DNA of 64,000 nt, taken from NCBI GenBank assembly GCA_051362555.1, contig CM120647.1, forward strand, positions 12,128,651 to 12,192,650. The letters are read 5' to 3'. Below are positions 1 through 12,363 of this stretch, one piece after another. This DNA comes from Lingula anatina. Lineage: Eukaryota > Animalia > Brachiopoda. The notes below the pieces were generated by a model. That model saw only the letters and a list, made by a program, of their open reading frames with translations. It was not told the origin of the DNA and did no database searches. How positions within the stretch are numbered: the first letter of the stretch is position 1; each line of letters begins with the position of its first letter. Both the position numbers and the translations under genes were made by a program.

Positions 1-104
1 ATGGAAGATACAATTTTACACTGTATCATTACAGATTATTTGATTGTCTGTATGAAATATAATTTTGAATGATTAGAAATTCTATTTTCTTTCTCCATAG
101 CATA

Positions 105-107
105 TTA

Positions 108-150
<43 letters not shown>

Positions 151-155
151 TTATT
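105..155. repeat. (ATT)n microsatellite
   Basis: Run of ATT/TTA units. Confidence 0.9.
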
Positions 156-1293
156 TTTTTTTTGTGAATAGCCAATCACTCTATATTTACCACGAACCAT
201 TGCTGATGTATTCATTGATATGAATTTTGATTGTATCGGGAAAAGGTTGGGAATTGTGCTTGAGACTGAGAAACTGTTTTCACTGGAATCTAAATTATCC
301 CCAATATAGGGATGGTGCTATGTTGCCTATTCGTTTCATTCACTTGCTTCATCCACAATTTATTTGTTTAAGGGATGGTTTTCCAGGAATTATTAACAAT
401 TGCTTCATTTGGCTTTTTTTCATAATTACTATCATTCGTTTATTTGTATTTAATTTCTTAATTTTCTAGTTCATCTTCTACTAAATATTATTAAAAAGAT
501 TATCATTATGTATTTTCATGAAGGGTGATCTTGAATTTTTAACCTTTATTGAGGCTTTTTCTGAAGTACATTTGTACCTTGGGTCAATTAAATAAGAGCG
601 TATATATGTTTTTGCCTGACCACTAGAGCTACGACTTACTTTGGGCTTATTGGGTTCTTTTCCGCAAGGTACGCCTTGTACTTGTTTCAACAATTGACTT
701 TCCGGTTGATTTGGAGCCACAATAAATATAGCTGACATCAGTACATAATAAAGACTGCCTCAATACAAGTATATATTGAAAAGTAACAAAGGTGATGTGA
801 GTTGTGCCCTATAGATAGCATATTTATCAATTACCAAAACCAGTTCTATCTAGTAAATGAATTATTCTCGTGAGAGAAATGTCCCCACCCAAATAGTAGG
901 ATGCAGCTATCTAAATGGGGTCTAGTTTAGTTAGCGAAACAACGCAGCTGATAAAATCTGGCCAATCTAAACGACTTCTACACAGTTTAGACTCAAGCAA
1001 AACTACATAATCGGATGAGAAAGGACAATTTTTCATGATTTCAATAAAGTCTAGACATATCATACCAGTACCTATCAAGAAAGAACAATGTATAGTTCCT
1101 TTGTGTAAGTAGATGCTTTACTGCGTTTGTCTTACTCAACACACATATGTTTTCCTTTCAGTCTCATTTCTCAAAACAATTGTGTCATTGTTTTCATGTC
1201 TTGTTTTCCCGTTTGTCAGCAAAGTGTGCACAACTCATCATGCTGGCTTTTTGCAGTCTTCAGGATAGAAAAATGTAGATAATTTTTAAGAAT

Positions 1294-1437
1294 CTGATTG
1301 GACCAGATGCTTGTTATGGCGGAATAGACCTTGACATATCTGAGATATCATATGGTGTTTTATACACTTCTCTATAATTTAAAAGGACCTAAGGTCGAAA
1401 CATATTGATTTTGCGAACAGCTATTTTCACGGTAAGT
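1294..1437 (+). promoter_or_regulatory. Core promoter and non-coding exon 1 of peptide gene A1
   Basis: Inverted CCAAT (CTGATTGG, ~1294), TATAA at 1373 and GTAAGT donor at 1432. The same layout is conserved in front of gene B1 (5396-5543). Confidence 0.55.
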
Positions 1438-2010
1438 AATGCGGTCTTTATACATGTAGTATTTTTTCTTAAGAATAGGCGTTTACTGTAAAAATGCAGC
1501 TGTATTTATACTGTTTGTCTAAATATCTTTTATTGTTTATTTCGTCATCCTTTTGGTATGTACCCGGCATCCCAGGGATTTCTTGTCAATATATTTCACG
1601 CAACATTAAGCGCAATGAATTCTGTCAACAGATGAAATATCGTGATATTGAATGTCTGTTTCTGTCTATTTGGAGTTGTATTCTATGTATCCCTGTTCTA
1701 CGTTTGGTAAGGTATTGCAGACCGTGTTTGGGTAGTTGGTACTGTTACGCCCATCTCTACATATCTAGTTCATAACTCAATAGCAATGTTTGCCACTTTT
1801 CCCAAATTCCTTTGAAAGCTATTTCCCTTTAGATAAATAATCATTTTCTTATATCCCTTGGATTTCACATAAGTACATGTAGATTACACATCGTTTAAGA
1901 AGGAGGTAATTAACCTACCTATAATATGGTGCTTACGAGCATAAAATAAATACTCTCTCGAAGAAAATAGTATATTTATACATGCACCTTTCTTACAGGT
2001 GTGCAACATC

Positions 2011-2287
2011 ATGCAGTTTGTAGTTACACTAGGAGCGTGTGTTTTCATTTGTTTGGTAAATACTTTTACTGCTGACGCTGTCAATGGTAAGTGTCATTCC
2101 TTAAACTTAATATGCACACATTGTGTATTTAGATGACAGGAGATGATTACAAAGATGTTGTTTTTAACACAATATAAACCTGTTTACCACTCACAGCAGT
2201 TTAAACGTCATGTTAACGAGGAGTTGCAATAGGGTAGTTTGCCCTGCCCAGTCACCAAACATACACCCCTTGAAAACCAGCGTGCAA

Positions 2288-2319
<32 letters not shown>

Positions 2320-2453
2320 AAAATATTGCAATACTATCTGATTTTAACATGACCAAGATACTTTTACAAATACATGTATACTGCTCACCGAAGTTTAATC
2401 GGCATGTTAACGAGGAGTTGCAATCACGCTTGTACCATCTGCCCCCCCCCCCC

Positions 2454-2501
<48 letters not shown>

Positions 2502-2730
2502 GCAATAATATCTTATTCTAGCACCATTTCGGAGTATGAAGGGCGAAAAACGATCGGCCATCGAGGAAAAACTTGAAGTGTCTCAATGTAGAAATGAGAG
2601 GCCTGGACCGCCCCATAACAATCGTCGTAATATCGGGTGCGATGATGAAGAGTGCTGGTCTGACTGCATCACCAGCCACCAACTAGGGGGTACATGCCAG
2701 AATGATCAGTGCGTCTGTTTTAGGTGTTAG
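2011..2730 (+). CDS. Gene A1: secreted prepropeptide with an anionic CS-alpha/beta defensin-like domain, 94 aa; coding exons 2011-2086 and 2522-2730
   Basis: TTACAG acceptor, then ATG 2011 and a hydrophobic signal MQFVVTLGACVFICLVNTFTADAVN. Phase-1 GTAAGT at 2087 joins the TTCTAG acceptor at 2521 in frame: APFRSMKGEKR-SAIEEKLEVSQCRNERPGPPHNNRR-NIGCDDEECWSDCITSHQLGGTCQNDQCVCFRC. Has the CxxxC...GxC...CxC motif. Confidence 0.85.
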
Positions 2731-3417
2731 ATCAGTGTACGTATATCCATCATAAAATATGGTGTAATGTAAATCTCATGACCGATCTTTTGCATACATT
2801 TCCGATCATATTAATCAATGTTCCTCCATCACTGCATTTATGTCGTTATAGTTACGATATGGTTTTTATATACATTCTTTTGAATTATATGTAAATTTCT
2901 ACTTTCTGTTCAATCTTGCAGGAGTTATCAGGATGGATATGACTTCAACAACATTATACTCTATGGGAAATTATGTATCGATTTTTAGCATTTGATGATA
3001 TTCTTTATTATACATTTTCCAGGCATTTTCCAGTTCTTCTGGCAAACCGGAGAACATTCTGTGCAACTCTGAGAGACGACAAGAGTGGTATGCCTTGATA
3101 ATATGTCTGCACATAGATTATTTCACGTAAAAGGGAAAAGAAATACTGTTCTTTAAAACTCTTTTAACATTGTATTCAGTAGTATCAATAATTCCTTAAC
3201 ATATGGCACTAAAAGAAAGCTATAATATTTAATGGAAATGCCTCACCTCATCCTCAGTGATGATGGTTTTAATGAAGAAGTGCTCTGCACGGGGTATATT
3301 ATGATACCATATTAAAACGTATAAGATAATGTTCTGATGTCAGCTGTGATCTCCTTTAATACATAAATTCGATTACGCAAATGTATGCTTGTCTGACCAA
3401 CAGCCAAAAGTGGGTTT

Positions 3418-4220
3418 TCAGCCACGTGAGGATGTCAAGAATTTAAATGTTGGCCCTGCCGTGGGTCCTCTAATATCCATGGTGGCAGGGATCTCTGCCA
3501 GAGCCTTTCCTTGCAGGGACAAGGCGTGCATTAAGGTAATGCAATCTCGAAGCCTGTCGGGTTTGCCCGAGAAGCTCTCCTGAAGACAATCTAAGAGATT
3601 CGTGTACATTCGGTCAAAAATGCCTGACATCGCAATCGCTCGGGGATTTCCGGCCAAATTAAGGGAGTTGGGATTATCAACTGTGGGCCATACGCCATTT
3701 TTGTCAAAAAGGATGCGTGGTCCGGTGTATTCGTATTTGACATGACATTGGATTTCTTCTTCCTGACGGGCATTGTAAAGGTTGTGTTCGCATTTTCCAT
3801 ATTCCTCTTTTTGTCCACCTTTACTCGGACTTCCCTGTGCGACATCATTCCTAGCGTTCTTCTGTATCAAAGTCTCAAATTTAAACTGGTTTTTATTGCA
3901 AGACTCACTGTTTGAATTGTGACGTCCTTCAGGACACCCCTTACCGCTGGCCATCTTACCTGTGACGCGAATTTCTCTCCCCTGAACGATCTGTGCAAAT
4001 TTATAATAGTGTGAAAGATCACCCAGGTCTCTTGTCAAGGGCATGCACGCGTCCCCACCCTCCCCTTGTTCGGTTATCAAAGCAATGGCGTCTAGGACCG
4101 ATGACAGGTTGAAAATTGGAAAAGGTTTAATGCTTTCTCTCATACCGTACCAGAGGCTCTCGTTAATTTGATAGCCCGGATCGCCCGTGAATATATCAAT
4201 GTCGTTTTTGCTCAAATTGA
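3418..4220 (-). CDS. C-terminal part (probable last exon or truncated gene) of a VioB/RebD-type ferritin-like domain protein; copy F1, open frame
   Basis: 265-codon open frame with motifs recognised from this family: FTGDPxxQ, AIxxIxEQGEG, LSHYYKF, VWPxxxNP, FxxxYxxLLxxLxxxFxGxP, AGPTF. Possible TTCTAG acceptor at 4221-4222 with a weak pyrimidine tract. The N-terminal half was not found in the window. Confidence 0.7.
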
Positions 4221-5835
4221 CTAGAACCCATGTCGTTCGCTTGAAAGGCGGGGCCCACTATAAAGGCTCATATTGAGGTTATATAAGTAATTGTTGGAAG
4301 TTATGGGATCGACATAAAAACGTCCAGCAAAATGTAGGCGAGGAAAGCCAAGATAGGAATAAATGGCATCTGAAAGTGATAGAAAACGTCTACAAATATG
4401 TAGGTTTCGACATACTGTAGTATCAACCTTTGCGCCTTCATATAATAATACAGCTTACACTGCAGATATTATGTATCACTTTATGACCCCATTCCCATAC
4501 AGCCTTCTCCGAGGGGTTTCTCGCTAAATTATATTAGCCTAAGCGACTTTGATGTCTGGCACGCCTACTGAAGCTGTTAAGGGGTAATTGACTATCGTTT
4601 AGCAGCTTAGGTGAGTAGCCCATTATGTTATATTTACCAGGAATCATTGCTGATGTATTCAATGATATTAATTTTGATTGTATCCGGAATGCGTTGCGAA
4701 TTGTTTTTGAGGCTGAGATGTTGTTTTCCGTGGAATCTGAATTATCCCAAATATACGGACGTTGTCTATTCACTTCATTTACTTGCCTTTTCTTTCATTT
4801 CTTTATTAAATTAACTGTGATCAAGCAATGATAAAGCTTTCTTTCATTTGTTTTTTTAACAATTTCAATCATTCATTTTTTTCATTTATTTCTATTTATT
4901 TTTTTTAACTTTCTAGTTCCTCTTCTATTTAATATTATTTAAAACATTACCATTGCAACATTCTACTTCTATGAAGGATGTTCGTGAAACTTAAGCCTTG
5001 ATAGATGTTTTTACTGAAATAACTTTGGTTAATTAAATAAAACGTATACTTTTATTCCTGATCACGAGAGATACGACTTACTTTGGACTTGTTACGCTTC
5101 CTTCCGGTCGGGAGGAACTCCTTGTGCTTGTTTGAAAAATCAACTTTTTGTTTGCTTTTGAGCCACAACACATATAGCTGACATCAGGCAATAGTATATT
5201 ACTGCATCTAGGTAAATGCTTAACTGCGTTTGTCTTATTCAACCCACGTGTTTTCTTTTCAGTCTCATTTCTCAAAACAATATGAGTCATTGTTTTCATG
5301 TCTTGTTTTCACGTTTGTCAGCAAAATGTGCACAACTCATCATGCTGGCTTTCTTCAGCCTTGAGTATAGGAAAATGTAGATGATTTTCAAGGATCTGAT
5401 TGGCCTAGATGCTTAATGACGGAATGCACCTTCAGATGTGTTAAGTTTATCACACTCAGTTTCAAACACACACACACCTGTATAATCTTGAAGGCGCTGA
5501 GGTCGATACTCATCGATTTTGCGAACAGTGGTTCAAGGTAAGTAATGAAGTAGAAAAGTTGTTTCTCTTCTGCACACACTTAGACATTCTATTCTGAACT
5601 GTATTTAGTCATATGTTTGAAGCCCAATCCCTTCAACTTGTTGCTCATTCGTTGTTGTTGTTTTTTTTTCTTTTTTTTTCATTTTTCATCGCAGTAGGAA
5701 CAGGGATGTTATGTGCGTCATGGCACCACATCAATGTACATTTACTTAAGGTTATAGCATAACATGAATGCGTGCATGAAATTGTGATTCTATTCTAAAG
5801 TGACAGCATCAGTTTTGAACTTCACAACCACTTAG

Positions 5836-5876
<41 letters not shown>

Positions 5877-5927
5877 GATATATCATTTTATACTGATTTA
5901 TCTTTCTTTCAGAATACAGTATTTATC

Positions 5928-6494
5928 ATGCAAATTACAATTACGCTTGGCGTGTGTCTCTTCATCAGCCCTTTTATCGCCACATACTGCGGTGGTGTCG
6001 GTAAGTTCTCCCTTTCCGTCAAGTTGGACCTAAGAATATTTGTAAATAACAACTAAGGTTGTCAACAATGTATTCAATGTTACATCCATGATATAAATTA
6101 ATATGATGTAGAAAGCCAGAAAATAATTCAGATGGAGCTCTACTTTAAGAACATAAGGGTTGAAAACAAATTGCAGCAGCACTGTATTGAGTTTCCTTGT
6201 AAAAATAATGCAAATAAGTTCGTATTACATTTCCATATTCCAGAGTATAAAAAAAATTCAATATGTGATGGAAGGGCAGGTTCATGGAATGAGGAGGAGA
6301 TTTCGAATGATAATAACGTGCAATACGAAACGGTGGAAAAGCGAGAAGAGGACAGCATGGTATTGGACCAGTTCAATCAAGAGCAAAGCAAGCATCAAAA
6401 GCGCAGTGAAGGACTACAATCTTCGGCGAAGAAACAGAGTCGTAGACACAAAGTACATTCGACCGGAAAGAACATAAGGAAACCCAACCATTGA
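5928..6494 (+). CDS. Gene B1: secreted multi-dibasic-site prepropeptide without a defensin domain, 107 aa; coding exons 5928-6000 and 6244-6494
   Basis: TATAA 5481, exon-1 donor 5538, signal MQITITLGVCLFISPFIATYCGGV, phase-1 GTAAGT 6001. TTCCAG acceptor 6243 is in frame with EYKKNS...VEKR...HQKR...SRR...KPNH. 3'UTR intron 6533-6728; AATAAA 6814. Confidence 0.8.
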
Positions 6495-8014
6495 AGACAA
6501 GTCAAGAGTTTGACATAGTAAAAGGAATACACGTAAGTGTTAAGAAATCCTCAGATGATAGAAGCACTGATTAAATGTGGTCTTTTAAGGCCTCAGCAGC
6601 ACTGCAGGGGTAGTACAGAGTAGAATTCCACCATGTTTTGACTATGATACATTCAAAACAGTTTATTCCATTAAAAACTGTATTTCGGTTTTCAATTCCT
6701 AATTGAATAATGTTATATTCTGTTTCAGGCGTCGACTAGAGAAGACATGTTGACATATTCAGAAAGAATCGTATTTTAATCTAAAGTATGTTTGCGATTA
6801 GAAATTGAATTGAAATAAACGGATCAAACGGCTATTTAAAAATGTTTTTGTTGGAAGCATCAACAGATTGCTTGTACACAAGTTTGACTTTTTAACGATA
6901 GCGTTCATTTGGACCTTTTCTCGGTGAAGCATTGCATACCCGTCGGAAACGTAAACTCTTACTTTTTTATATAAACCCAACTTAAAGCAATGGCAAAAGG
7001 ACTCTGCTCGCCGACGCTTTCTGGTTTAAAGTGCTGAATAAATCTTAAGCTGCATTATGCTTCAGTTTGCATTCTATAACAAAAACATTTCACCGACATC
7101 TAGGCAACCATTTTCTTATTTTAGAGCGCAATAACACCGCAGGCAATCCTTATTTCTTTCTACCTATTTTATTTCATGTTCGACAGCAATGTTGTTTTAA
7201 CTGTTCTGGTGGTTGTCGGTGATTACCAGACAACACATTATTCAGGGATTTTGCTTAAGAGAAATGTGTTAAATTAAATGTTTGCAGTCTAACGTATTTA
7301 AGTTATCAGTGTTTAAGGTTTTATAATGTCTAGCTGTTATGCTCAGAAAAACCAAAGACACATCGTTTACTTTGGAGTCCCATATATGATAGTACACTTA
7401 TCTCGCTCGACCCACATAATTTCTCTACATCTTCCTTTCTCATGTTAGACATCGATGTTGTTTCAATTTATTCAATTAAAGGCGTTGTTCTACTGGCTGT
7501 CAAATAAAAGACAACATATTATGCAGGTTCATTGCTTTTACTGGGTTAAGCAGGTGCGGTATATTTTCAGGGACGATAATAAGAAGCTTGATTCAAAATA
7601 TTCAAGTATATCTCTGAGTGTGTCAGTTTTGAGTATAAATCAGGCAGGAGTCAAGGTCGGCACATACCGATATCTTTATCGAGTCTGTAAACAACACTTT
7701 TCTCGGTAAGTAAATGTATTTTCTGAACAAACTAGGGAACCTACGTGTGTTTTGTAACTCACACATTCAATTTCGCTGTACGCCATGTTCGACATCTAAT
7801 GATTGGCTGTGTGTTTTCATTAAACTGCCTGTCTTGCTTCTATTTTATTCCCTTCGTTTTCTTTCCGGTAACAGTATTTTAAAACCACATGACAAACAAG
7901 ATGTACATTAATTTACAGTAAGTGTTAACATTTAGCAACTGTACCGAACTGATGGAACTTTGATTTGGTTGGGAAGTGACATACCACAGCATTGATTACC
8001 AAGCCTTCCTTTCC

Positions 8015-8049
<35 letters not shown>

Positions 8050-8108
8050 TCTAACAATCTGAGACAGCACTGGCACAGAAAAAAATTTTCTTTTAGGAGT
8101 GCGATACC

Positions 8109-8834
8109 ATGAACCCTACCATCCCAATGAGTGTGTGTGTTTTGATCTGTCTGGTTTACTCCCTCGATGCTAACACTGAAAATGGTATGTTGCCACTTCC
8201 TTCATAAAGCTACCTGATAATATTTATAGCTGATGGGCTGTAACATATATACAGATTACAAAGAACGTATATAACATACAATTTTTTGGTAGACAAGTAA
8301 GTAGCACAAAACATAGGCCAACAGTCCCCCGCCTACTATGCGGAATGCTTCATATATTAGAATATAATAAGATTATTGTGTTATTTTCCAGTGGATAGAT
8401 GGTTTTGTAAACTCAGAGACAAGATTAATAATTATCTGGTTCTTCGAATGAGAAGAACATTACTAATTTTAGGTACTTTTTTCCAGCAATGGACAGAAAC
8501 AGAAAGCGAGAAGACAAACTTACATTGCTGCACACATCAAATCTGGACCAATATAACCGTGATGGACGTAGCGAAGGACAAGAAGTACCAGAAGCTGAGA
8601 CTAAGATAAGAATACACAAGGACAGAAAACAGATGAAGCACTACAAGCAGGGCCAGAGCTTGAGAAGGTGCCCCGGCAGCATCACACAAAAAAAGTCAAG
8701 AGATAGAACAGAGATGGAAGAGTTTGCCTCACGGAGACAAGTGCGATGACGACGAATGCTTGTCTGACTGCATCATAAGCAACAATATCGGGGGCACCTG
8801 CCAGAATAATCAGTGTGTTTGTATCCAGGCGTAG
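8109..8834 (+). pseudogene. Gene C1: defensin-like prepropeptide with a +1 frameshift in an A-run (~8688-8694); exons 8109-8184 and 8487-8834
   Basis: TATAAA 7634, exon-1 donor 7706, signal MNPTIPMSVCVLICLVYSLDA. A7 here versus A6 in intact C2 moves the Cys domain out of frame. Could be a homopolymer sequencing error. Confidence 0.65.
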
Positions 8835-9198
8835 TATTTATGTGAGTAGTAGATAGTGCTCATAACATGCTTAAAAATGAGCTTTGTTTCAAATTGAGGG
8901 CAAAGGCAAATGTCTGCTAGCTATTTTCGGTCCATCACTGTTCCATATGCTCTATGAATGTACATTATTTTAGATGTGTTAATTTCCCCATCAATTAGAC
9001 ACTTTTCAATCGTAAGATGTCTGAGTTTTGATCATGCAAACCCTCTGGAAAGGGAAAGGAGAATATTTTTAATTTTATTCTGACTGCTTTGCTTTTCAGT
9101 TTCAAATTAATGTGCTTTATATTCTTTTTTTTTTCTTTCAGGCATATGTTGCTAATTCGGATGAGCCGTTGCACGGTATCTTATACGTTTACAGTTAT

Positions 9199-10190
9199 CC
9201 GCACGACTTTGGACAGCCTCTAAAAGTTTGCATTGCTCTATAGTTAGTCCTGGATGCCATACAGGGCAGGCATATTCTAGAATTGAGCGCACAATACTTT
9301 GGTAAACTTGGATTAAGTCAGCAGGGCTAAGCTTAGCTCGCTTCAGTTGACGGAGGAAATAGAGTCTTGCACATGCCTTTTTATATATATGATCCACATG
9401 AGTACCCCATTTTAGGTCATTGCTAATATGGATGCCCAGAAGTTTGAACTGTGTAACCTCACAGATTGGCGTGTCATTTATAACTATTGGTGGGAGGTCT
9501 GGTTTAGAACGTGTAAAATTTAGGGTCATGGTCTTGGTTTTTTTGGCATTCAGTTTCATATTGTTATTTTGTGTCCACAGCACTATTTCGTTACTTGCAC
9601 TTTGTAAGCAGCATGGACCATCAATATTACAAATGTCAAACACTGTAGTATCGTCAACATATTTGTAGTCTGGACATCTGGATTTTAAGTCATCAATCAT
9701 GATAGCAAAAAGCAGTGGCCCAAGAAGGGTACCCACCATGTGGGTGTAGCCATTCAGAGAGTGAGCTTTTATATTTTACTCTCTGGGAGCGGTTGGATAG
9801 GAATGACTGCACCCACCTGACAAGTAGTTCAGGTACACCCTTGTCATAAAGTTTTCTTAGTAAAATGTTATGATCAATGAGATCAAATGCCTTTGAAAAG
9901 TCCAGGAAAAGAATTCTGGCATACTTCTTGTGATTTTGAGAGGGTTCAAGACCCTGCATCCAATTGTGAATGAGTTCAGTTACTGCATGTGTAGTGGAAC
10001 TGCCCTTGACTACTCCAAACTGTGTTCTGTCAATATTAATGTATTCGAAAATCCACTTAACAATAAAAGATTCAAACACTTTACTAAGAACAGGGGTGAG
10101 TGATATTGGACGCAAGTCATTCTCAATAGACATTGGTGGAGAGGATTTAGGAAGAGGGATGACATCAGCTGATTTCCATACGTCAGGGAC
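9199..10190 (-). mobile_element. Non-LTR retrotransposon (CR1-group-like) reverse transcriptase fragment, copy 1, with an 11-bp frameshifting deletion
   Basis: RT motifs LRPISLTPVLSKVFE, QFG, FLDFSKAFD, GTLLGPLLF and YVDD, split over ORFs 9693-10208 and 9152-9739. Truncated at both ends. Confidence 0.92.
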
Positions 10191-10558
10191 GTCAAGGGTA
10201 AGTGCCATTCCTTCTTAAACTTAGTATGCACTTATTGTATATTTAGATGACAGGCGATGATTTCAAGAATGTTGCTTTTGAGGCGTTTAACACAAAATAA
10301 ACATGTTTATCACTCACAGCAGTTTAAACGTCATGTTAACGAGGGGTTGCAATAGGGTAGTTTGCCCTGCCCAGTCACCAAACATTCACCCCTTGAAAAC
10401 CAGAGTGCAATAAATAAATAAATAAATAAATAATAAAATATTGCAATACTATCTGATTTTAACAGGACCAAGATACTTTTACAAATACATGTATACTGCT
10501 CACCGAAGTTTAAACGCCATGTTAACGAGGAGTTGCAATCACGCTTGTACCCTCTGCC

Positions 10559-10614
<56 letters not shown>

Positions 10615-10643
10615 GGACATCATGCAATAATATCTTATTCTAG

Positions 10644-10852
10644 CACCATTTCGGAATGTGAAGGGCGAAAAGGGATCGGCCATCGAGGAAAAACTTGAAG
10701 TGTCTCAATGTAGAAATGAGAGGCCTGGACCGCCCCATAACAATCGTCGTAATATCGGGTGCGATGATGAAGAGAGCTGGTCTGACTGCATCACCAGCCA
10801 CCAACTAGGGGGTACATGCCAGAATGATCAGTGCGTCTGTTTTAGGTGTTAG
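10644..10852 (+). pseudogene. A2: orphan cargo exon of gene A (no promoter or signal exon)
   Basis: Upstream homology to A1 stops at the last bases of exon 2 (~10191). Second motif Cys is Ser (DDEESWSDC) and KR has become KG. Confidence 0.8.
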
Positions 10853-11560
10853 ATCAGTGTACGTATATCCATCATAAAATATGGTGTAATGTAAATCTCA
10901 TGACCGATCTTTTGCATACATTTCCGATCATATTAATCAATGTTCCTCCATCACTGCATTTATGTCGTTATAGTTACGATATGGTTTTTATATACATTCT
11001 TTTGAATTATATGTAAATTTCTACTTTCTGTTCAATCTTGCAGGAGTTATCAGGATGGATATGACTTCAACAACATTATACTCTATGGGAAATTATGTAT
11101 CGATTTTTAGCATTTGATGATAGTCTTTATTATACATTTTCCAGGCATTTTCCAGTTCTTCTGGCAAACCGGAGAACATTCTGTGCAACTCTGAGAGACG
11201 TCAAGAGTGGTGTGCCTTGATAATATGTCTGCACATAGATTATTTCACGTAAACCTCCACATACATAATATTTAAGGGAAAAGAAATACTGTTCTTTAAA
11301 ACTCTTTTAACATTGTAACCAGTAGTATCAATAATTCCTTAACATATGGCACTAAAAGAAAGCTATAATATTTAATGGAAATGCCTCACCTCATCGTCAG
11401 AGATGATGGTTTTAATGAAGAAGTGCTCTGCACGGGGTATATTATGATACCATATTAAAACGTATAAGATAATGTTCTGATGTCAGCTGTGATCTCCTTT
11501 AATACATAAATTCGATTACGCAAATGTATGCTTGTCTGACCAACAGCCAAAAGTGGGTTT

Positions 11561-12363
11561 TCAGCCACGTAAGGATGTCAAGAATTTAAAGGTTGGCCCT
11601 GCCGTGGGTCCTCTAATATCCATGGAGGCAGGGATCTCTGCCAGAGCCTTTCCTTGCAGGGACAAGGCGTGCATTAAGGTAATGCAATCTCGAAGCCTGT
11701 CGGGTTTGCCCGAGAAGCTCTCCTGAAGACAATCTAAGAGATTCGTGTACATTCGGTCAAAAATGCCTGACATCGCAATCGCTCGGGGATTTCCGGCCAA
11801 ATTAAGGGAGTTGGGATTATCAACTGTGGGTCATACGCCATTTTTGTCAAAAAGGATGCGTGGTCCGGTGTATTCGTATTTGACATGACATTGGATTTCT
11901 TCTTCCTGACGGGCATTGTAAAGGTTGTGTTCGCATTTTCCATATTCCTCTTTTTGTCCACCTTTACTCGGACTTCCCTGTGCGACATCATTCCTAGCGT
12001 TCTTCTGTATCAAAGTCTCAAATTTAAACTGGTTTTTATTGCAAGACTCACTGTTTGAATTGTGACGTCCTTCAGGACACCCCTTACCGCTGGCCATCTT
12101 ACCTGTGACGCGAATTTCTCTCCCCTGAACGATCTGTGCAAATTTATAATAGTGTGAAAGATCACCCAGGTCTCTTGTCAAGGGCATGCACGCGTCCCCA
12201 CCCTCCCCTTGTTCGGTTATCAAAGCAATGGCGTCTAGGACCGATGACAGGTTGAAAATTGGAAAAGGTTTAATGCTTTCTCTCATACCGTACCAGAGGC
12301 TCTCGTTAATTTGATAGCCCGGATCGCCCGTGAATATATCAATGTCGTTTTTGCTCAAATTGA
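11561..12363 (-). pseudogene. F2: ferritin-like (VioB-type) copy with a premature stop
   Basis: Near-identical to F1; TGG>TGA at 11831-11833. Confidence 0.8.

Noticed and set aside
481-738. Minus-strand 85-aa ORF and related frames in the A/B upstream homology block
   Set aside because: The frame is broken in the paralogous copies and has no recognisable motif. A decayed coding origin cannot be excluded.
6132-6243. N-terminal extensions of ORFs 6132, 14299, 22427, 32744 and 34366
   Set aside because: They are intron sequence read in frame. The spliced models with signal exons explain the real coding parts.
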